Of a DNA stretch of 11,344 bases, positions 7,601-11,344 are shown one piece after another (the stretch's first letter is position 1; every line of letters starts with the position of its first letter). The position numbers and the translations under genes were made by a program. This stretch comes from Planctomycetota bacterium (GTDB lineage Bacteria; Planctomycetota; GCA-002687715; DRQF01), in the NCBI GenBank assembly GCA_027001995.1, contig JALTLO010000155.1:1-11344 (forward strand), read 5' to 3'. The notes beneath the pieces are model-generated. The model worked only from the letters and a program-made list of their open reading frames with translations, made no database searches and had not been told where the DNA came from.

Positions 7601-8103
7601 TTCCACTGCCCTCCTATGGTCTTCCTCAATGTGGCCAAACCCCGGGCGACCCATGTTCTGACGGTTCTCTCTGGACAATCGAACACGACCGCCAACTCTG
7701 TGAAAGAACAGTTTTCCAAATAGCGTAAACGAACTGCGCTGCTATAGGGCTCGCGGAGGTCATGAACGGCAGCTCGTAGTTCTTCCTTGGCGATCTTTGA
7801 GATGGTTTGGGCGGCAACCCTTTCTTGGTTCGCCCCCAGTTTCTTCTCCACCCGTCCACGCAAGCGATCAATAGACCGGCGCTTCACCACTTGCATCAGC
7901 CAAGCCTCAGGCCGGCGAGGTTTTGGGCCTTGATACTTGGTTAGGGTGAGAAAGACTTCATGAACCACATCTTCGGCGTCATCCCGATCGTTGACGACCT
8001 TCTGTGCTCGGGCGATCAGCTGATCACGAAGACCAAGAGCCTGATCGAGCAGGCTCGGCCCTTCGCGCCTACGACCTTGATGTGATGTAGTTGTGTCATT
8101 CAT
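7597..8103 (-). CDS. ECF (sigma-70 group 4) RNA polymerase sigma factor
   Basis: Region 2 reads DAEDVVHEVFL...AWLMQVVKRRSIDRLR and region 4 reads AVHDLREPYSSAVRLRYLENCSFTELAVVFDCPERTVRTWVARGLATLR. The start is either ATG 8103 or ATG 8145. Confidence 0.93.
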   Translation of the reverse strand: MNDTTTSHQGRRREGPSLLDQALGLRDQLIARAQKVVNDRDDAEDVVHEVFLTLTKYQGPKPRRPEAWLMQVVKRRSIDRLRGRVEKKLGANQERVAAQTISKIAKEELRAAVHDLREPYSSAVRLRYLENCSFTELAVVFDCPERTVRTWVARGLATLRKTIGGQWK

Positions 8104-8255
8104 AGCGTCATGGGGATGACGCAGGCGGTCACACTTTTGACTCATTCTTTGCGAAAAATGACGGATTTCGGCATGAAAGCGGAGTTGCTACGCGAATCCA
8201 ACCCGCCAATCCTCAAATGTGGGTAGATCCGCTGAACCAACCAGGGGATTGAGCC

Positions 8256-8390
8256 GTGTCCACCAAACGATCCCGCGTCGCCCCACCATACAGACGCAAA
8301 TATCGCGTGTCCAAGCGAGCTGACTACGATCGAGCTCTCATCAAACTCGGCAGTATCACCATTTGGCTGTCCACTTCTGCCATCAAGATT
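8256..8390 (+). pseudogene. Decayed N-terminal fragment of an IS5-family (IS903-like) transposase
   Basis: SRVAPPYRRKYRVSKRADYDRALIKLGSITIWLSTSAI resembles the IS903-type N-terminal motif Y+..NW..Y..AL..RGS.T.W....AI, with the NW and R positions mutated. The similarity ends after about 45 codons and there is no DDE domain. Confidence 0.75.
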
Positions 8391-8424
8391 AGAAGCCCGT
8401 GCTTATTATTCAGAGATTCACATC

Positions 8425-9189
8425 TCACTTTCCCATCTCTCTTGATGTGCTTTTCATTGCTTGCAGTCGAACTCGCTCCGAGATGTCGGCGCGAGACGCA
8501 AGTTTCAATGCTTTGAAAACGATGTTGCTCTTCCGGGCAAAAGTAGACAATGACTCAGCTGCCTCTTCGCGCACCATGCTGCTGTTAGCCGACCGCAGAA
8601 ACCGCATGAGTGGCTCGACAAACCGTTCATCGTCAATGCCGCTTATCAAGCGCAACACTCGTAACTGCGATGTTGCATCAATCGAACCATTGAGAACCCC
8701 AAGCGCGAACGTTCGCGCATCGTCTGGCAATTCGTTGCTTACGCCCCGCACCATTTGCAGCGCCATGACCCTCTCTTTTTCAGGGAGGCTCTCATTCGAG
8801 ACGCGTTGGAGATACAGATTCGACACTTTTCCACGAAAGTCTGAATTCGCTGTTTGTCCTAAGTCACGTGAGATTTCAATCTTCTTTGACAGCAGGCCTT
8901 CAACCGTTGCTTCCATTCCCTGGAGCCTCTCCAAGGCAATTTGTTGAGGAGATCTCAATGGGCCAATTGCGACAGCATCTTGCGACATTTCTTGGGTCGC
9001 CCGATTTTCCAGATCAGTCAGTTTCGTCTTCAAGTCCGCCAAACGAACATTCAAGTCATCCAATCGTCCCTCAGAGATTTCGAATGAGTATTCACTTAGC
9101 GTCTCCTCTGTATCTTCCATGCCGCGAAACACGGACAGAATAGACACCACGAACGCCCCAAAGATAAAGAAGTAGATGAAGAAATTCAT
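8425..9189 (-). CDS. Membrane-anchored coiled-coil + HEAT (PBS-lyase-like) repeat protein, paralog 3
   Basis: A GAGGGAG RBS precedes ATG 9189. N-terminal TM MNFFIYFFIFGAFVVSILSVF, coiled coil LDDLNVRLADLKTKLTDLENR, HEAT motifs VEPLMRFLRSANSSMVREEAAESL and DISERVRLQA. Confidence 0.8.
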   Translation of the reverse strand: MNFFIYFFIFGAFVVSILSVFRGMEDTEETLSEYSFEISEGRLDDLNVRLADLKTKLTDLENRATQEMSQDAVAIGPLRSPQQIALERLQGMEATVEGLLSKKIEISRDLGQTANSDFRGKVSNLYLQRVSNESLPEKERVMALQMVRGVSNELPDDARTFALGVLNGSIDATSQLRVLRLISGIDDERFVEPLMRFLRSANSSMVREEAAESLSTFARKSNIVFKALKLASRADISERVRLQAMKSTSREMGK

Positions 9190-9301
9190 CAAGTTCGCTC
9201 CCTCAACATTCACAAAATTATTGTCTGCACGAAAAAATTGGACAAGAATCTCCACTGCAGAAGACTGCCCCAAGGACACCACTTTCAGTGGGCACTTTTC
9301 A

Positions 9302-10060
9302 TCATTTATCTCTTTCGCCAAGGCTCTTCTGGGCTTGGGCTCTAACCGCAATTGACGCATCGCTTGCAATCGCAGACTTCAGAGCATTTATGACCTCAAG
9401 ATCGTCGGAAAAAAAGGACAAACTCTCTGCCGCTTCTTCGCGCGCTTGCGCAGCAGTGTCACTACAGAGCGCTTTGATCAATATTGCCTTAAACTCCGGA
9501 TGCCCAATGCCCTTTATGTATCGTAGAATATTTACACGACATGCCACATTGCCTGGGGCAAAGGCAAATTTCTTGACAAATTCAATGACCTCTTTGTCAA
9601 AGGCCATTGAGTTCCCTCGAAGATATCCCATGTGAAATACTCGCTCCGTCAATGGCAAGGAATCATCCAGAACCTTATTTCGCCGAAACTGCCAGTAGGT
9701 CCAACTAGATCCAACTGATGCGTTTTTCCTTTGGGCAACTCCGCTCTTCAAAATCCGATTCAATTTCGCCTCCAAATTGTTCAATTTCTCTGGTGACAAT
9801 TCGGTGGGTTGTGGTGAACTTGCTGCGATGTCAGTTGGCTCCCTGGAGTTCAGAGACAACTCGCAAAGATCAATTCTTTGTTCCATCGTTGATACTTGTG
9901 ATTCGAAGCTATTGATTGCACGCCTAAGCTCCTGATCGACGTTCGAATTCTCATTTGATTGGTTGCCACCCGAAGCGTTGCAATAGTCCACGATACATAA
10001 AACGAATGCGCCCGCACTCAAGAAGAGAAGAAACCAACGGTTCTTTTTCTGAAAACTCAT
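9302..10060 (-). CDS. Membrane-anchored coiled-coil + HEAT repeat protein, paralog 2
   Basis: ATG 10060 overlaps the upstream stop (ATGA) and has GGAG upstream. TM RWFLLFLSAGAFVLCIV, a coiled coil, then HEAT motifs LIKALCSDTAAQAREEAAESL and DASIAVRAQAQKSL. Confidence 0.82.
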   Translation of the reverse strand: MSFQKKNRWFLLFLSAGAFVLCIVDYCNASGGNQSNENSNVDQELRRAINSFESQVSTMEQRIDLCELSLNSREPTDIAASSPQPTELSPEKLNNLEAKLNRILKSGVAQRKNASVGSSWTYWQFRRNKVLDDSLPLTERVFHMGYLRGNSMAFDKEVIEFVKKFAFAPGNVACRVNILRYIKGIGHPEFKAILIKALCSDTAAQAREEAAESLSFFSDDLEVINALKSAIASDASIAVRAQAQKSLGERDK

Positions 10061-10833
10061 CTTGTGCGCTCCAATACGATCTCTGACCAATTGCGAACTT
10101 GGGGCGAAGGATCATTGAGAGACACCTTGAGGCTTTCTCTCACAACGTCCGAATTTGCATAGCTGCGAAGCTCTCGAACCGAACGTTCGCGAATCTCTGA
10201 TGCAGAACTATTGTGCAAATTATCCAATAGAAAGTCCCTCACAACATCGCTTTCAAATCGAGCGATTGCTTTCATCATTCTTGGCCTTCGTTTTCCCAAT
10301 CCACCAAAATAAAACATTCGAATACCGACCAAGGCTAGCGCGTCAGATTTGAGAAAGTTGGGGAATTCAGCACACTCTTCAAAAGCGGAAAGCCTCATCT
10401 CCATATCTAACGAAGGATCTTCAATTCTTGACCGAATGGCTGCCGCTTTGGTGACAAGAAGGTCGAATTCCAGCAGTCCCAATTCAATTCCTTCGATCAT
10501 TTCGCCATTCGAATAGGCCAAAGCACTTTCGAGTTGAACCAAGTTGAGCTCCAGTCTTCTCGTCCTCTCCTGGAGCTCAAGCCCTGTTGTGTCGCCCCTC
10601 ATTTGATTGACTCGCGTTGAGTATTTCTTCCATTTGAGCAAGAGACTATTCATTTGCTTGGTGGTCTTCATCCCTGCGACGAGCAACGAGTCCCTTTTTC
10701 GCTTCATTTGCGAATTGACCATCTCAACCTCTTGCCCATTCTTGGCGATGCGTTGTTTCTGCGCCAGAAATGACCCGAAGTTGATCACCGCAAGGATGAG
10801 CAGGGAGCCCATTACATAGTGAGTTATCTTCAT
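10057..10833 (-). CDS. Membrane-anchored coiled-coil + HEAT repeat protein, paralog 1
   Basis: ATG 10833 overlaps the upstream stop (ATGA) and has GGAG upstream. TM YVMGSLLILAVINFGSFLA, a coiled coil, then HEAT motifs LLDNLHNSSASEIRERSVREL and SLNDPSPQVRNWSEIVL. Confidence 0.8.
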   Translation of the reverse strand: MKITHYVMGSLLILAVINFGSFLAQKQRIAKNGQEVEMVNSQMKRKRDSLLVAGMKTTKQMNSLLLKWKKYSTRVNQMRGDTTGLELQERTRRLELNLVQLESALAYSNGEMIEGIELGLLEFDLLVTKAAAIRSRIEDPSLDMEMRLSAFEECAEFPNFLKSDALALVGIRMFYFGGLGKRRPRMMKAIARFESDVVRDFLLDNLHNSSASEIRERSVRELRSYANSDVVRESLKVSLNDPSPQVRNWSEIVLERTR

Positions 10834-11093
10834 GAGTCGAACGCTCCGCCAAAAACAGATGCCCAAGGCACTAGATAGAGTTCCATCAAGAAAAATACGA
10901 ACAGAAAGGCAATTCGAGTTCGCCATTGTTCTGCTGAATCAACCTGAGAATAGCCCATGATACACAACAACCAACCAAACCCTATGACGGTTGCAATCGG
11001 GTAGGTAGTAATCAGAAAAATGACCAATAGAAACTGCCGAATTCTTCGCGCAGTTCTCCATTTCATGGGCAATACAAACAATATCCCAATCAA
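10830..11093 (-). CDS. Small hypothetical membrane protein (2-3 TM helices); start uncertain
   Basis: Hydrophobic helices FLLVIFLITTYPIATVIGFGWLLCIMGY and IAFLFVFFLMELYLVPWASVF. The stop is coupled by an ATGA overlap to the next gene, and GAGG precedes TTG 11093. Confidence 0.55.
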   Translation of the reverse strand: MIGILFVLPMKWRTARRIRQFLLVIFLITTYPIATVIGFGWLLCIMGYSQVDSAEQWRTRIAFLFVFFLMELYLVPWASVFGGAFDS

Positions 11094-11344
11094 ACCCTCG
11101 AGGGTAATTGTCCACCTTGTAAGAAAAACTGATGTTGCTGCTGAGTATGCTCCCGGACCGCCTCGTTGAATTCCGCGAGTCTTGGGGTGTTGTGGTCACA
11201 GAAAGCGCTACCCCGCGCTAAACTTGCTGCGAACCACTCTGAGGCAGTACCGACCAAGAGAAAACAAACTACAACTAAGTTTGGGCGGGTGGGTTACCGG
11301 GGCCTTTGGACGGTTCTCCGCCGCAATGGCAGGGATTCTGTGGT

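Noticed and set aside
8399..8947. Plus-strand 182-aa ORF as a continuation of the transposase
   Set aside because: It is the antisense shadow of HEAT paralog 3 and has no DDE motifs.
4602..10926. ORF-track starts at 4602, 7678, 9369, 10090 and 10926
   Set aside because: Downstream ATGs (4644, 7600, 9189, 10060, 10833) have RBS motifs or stop-start overlaps and place the signal, TM or zinc-finger segments at the N-terminus.

Overview
Accessory-type region of a bacterial genome, probably Planctomycetota judging by the protein families present. In window order it holds: the probable left end and N-terminus of an IS1380-like element (1-250, minus); a Ser/Thr kinase-TPR gene split by one in-frame TAA (252-2468, minus); and a truncated FG-GAP repeat gene (minus). 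Next comes a secreted tandem HMA-like protein that the ORF track breaks into pieces but that reads as one 197-aa frame through two TGA codons, each at the metal-binding Cys position and each followed by a similar SECIS-like hairpin (3397-3990, minus). This candidate double selenoprotein is the most interesting item. After it come a secreted MAM-domain protein (plus); a translationally coupled ECF sigma / zinc-finger-FecR anti-sigma pair (minus); a decayed IS5/IS903-like fragment; and three paralogous membrane-anchored coiled-coil/HEAT-repeat genes preceded by a small membrane protein gene (minus). All family calls come from reading motifs by eye; no searches were run.
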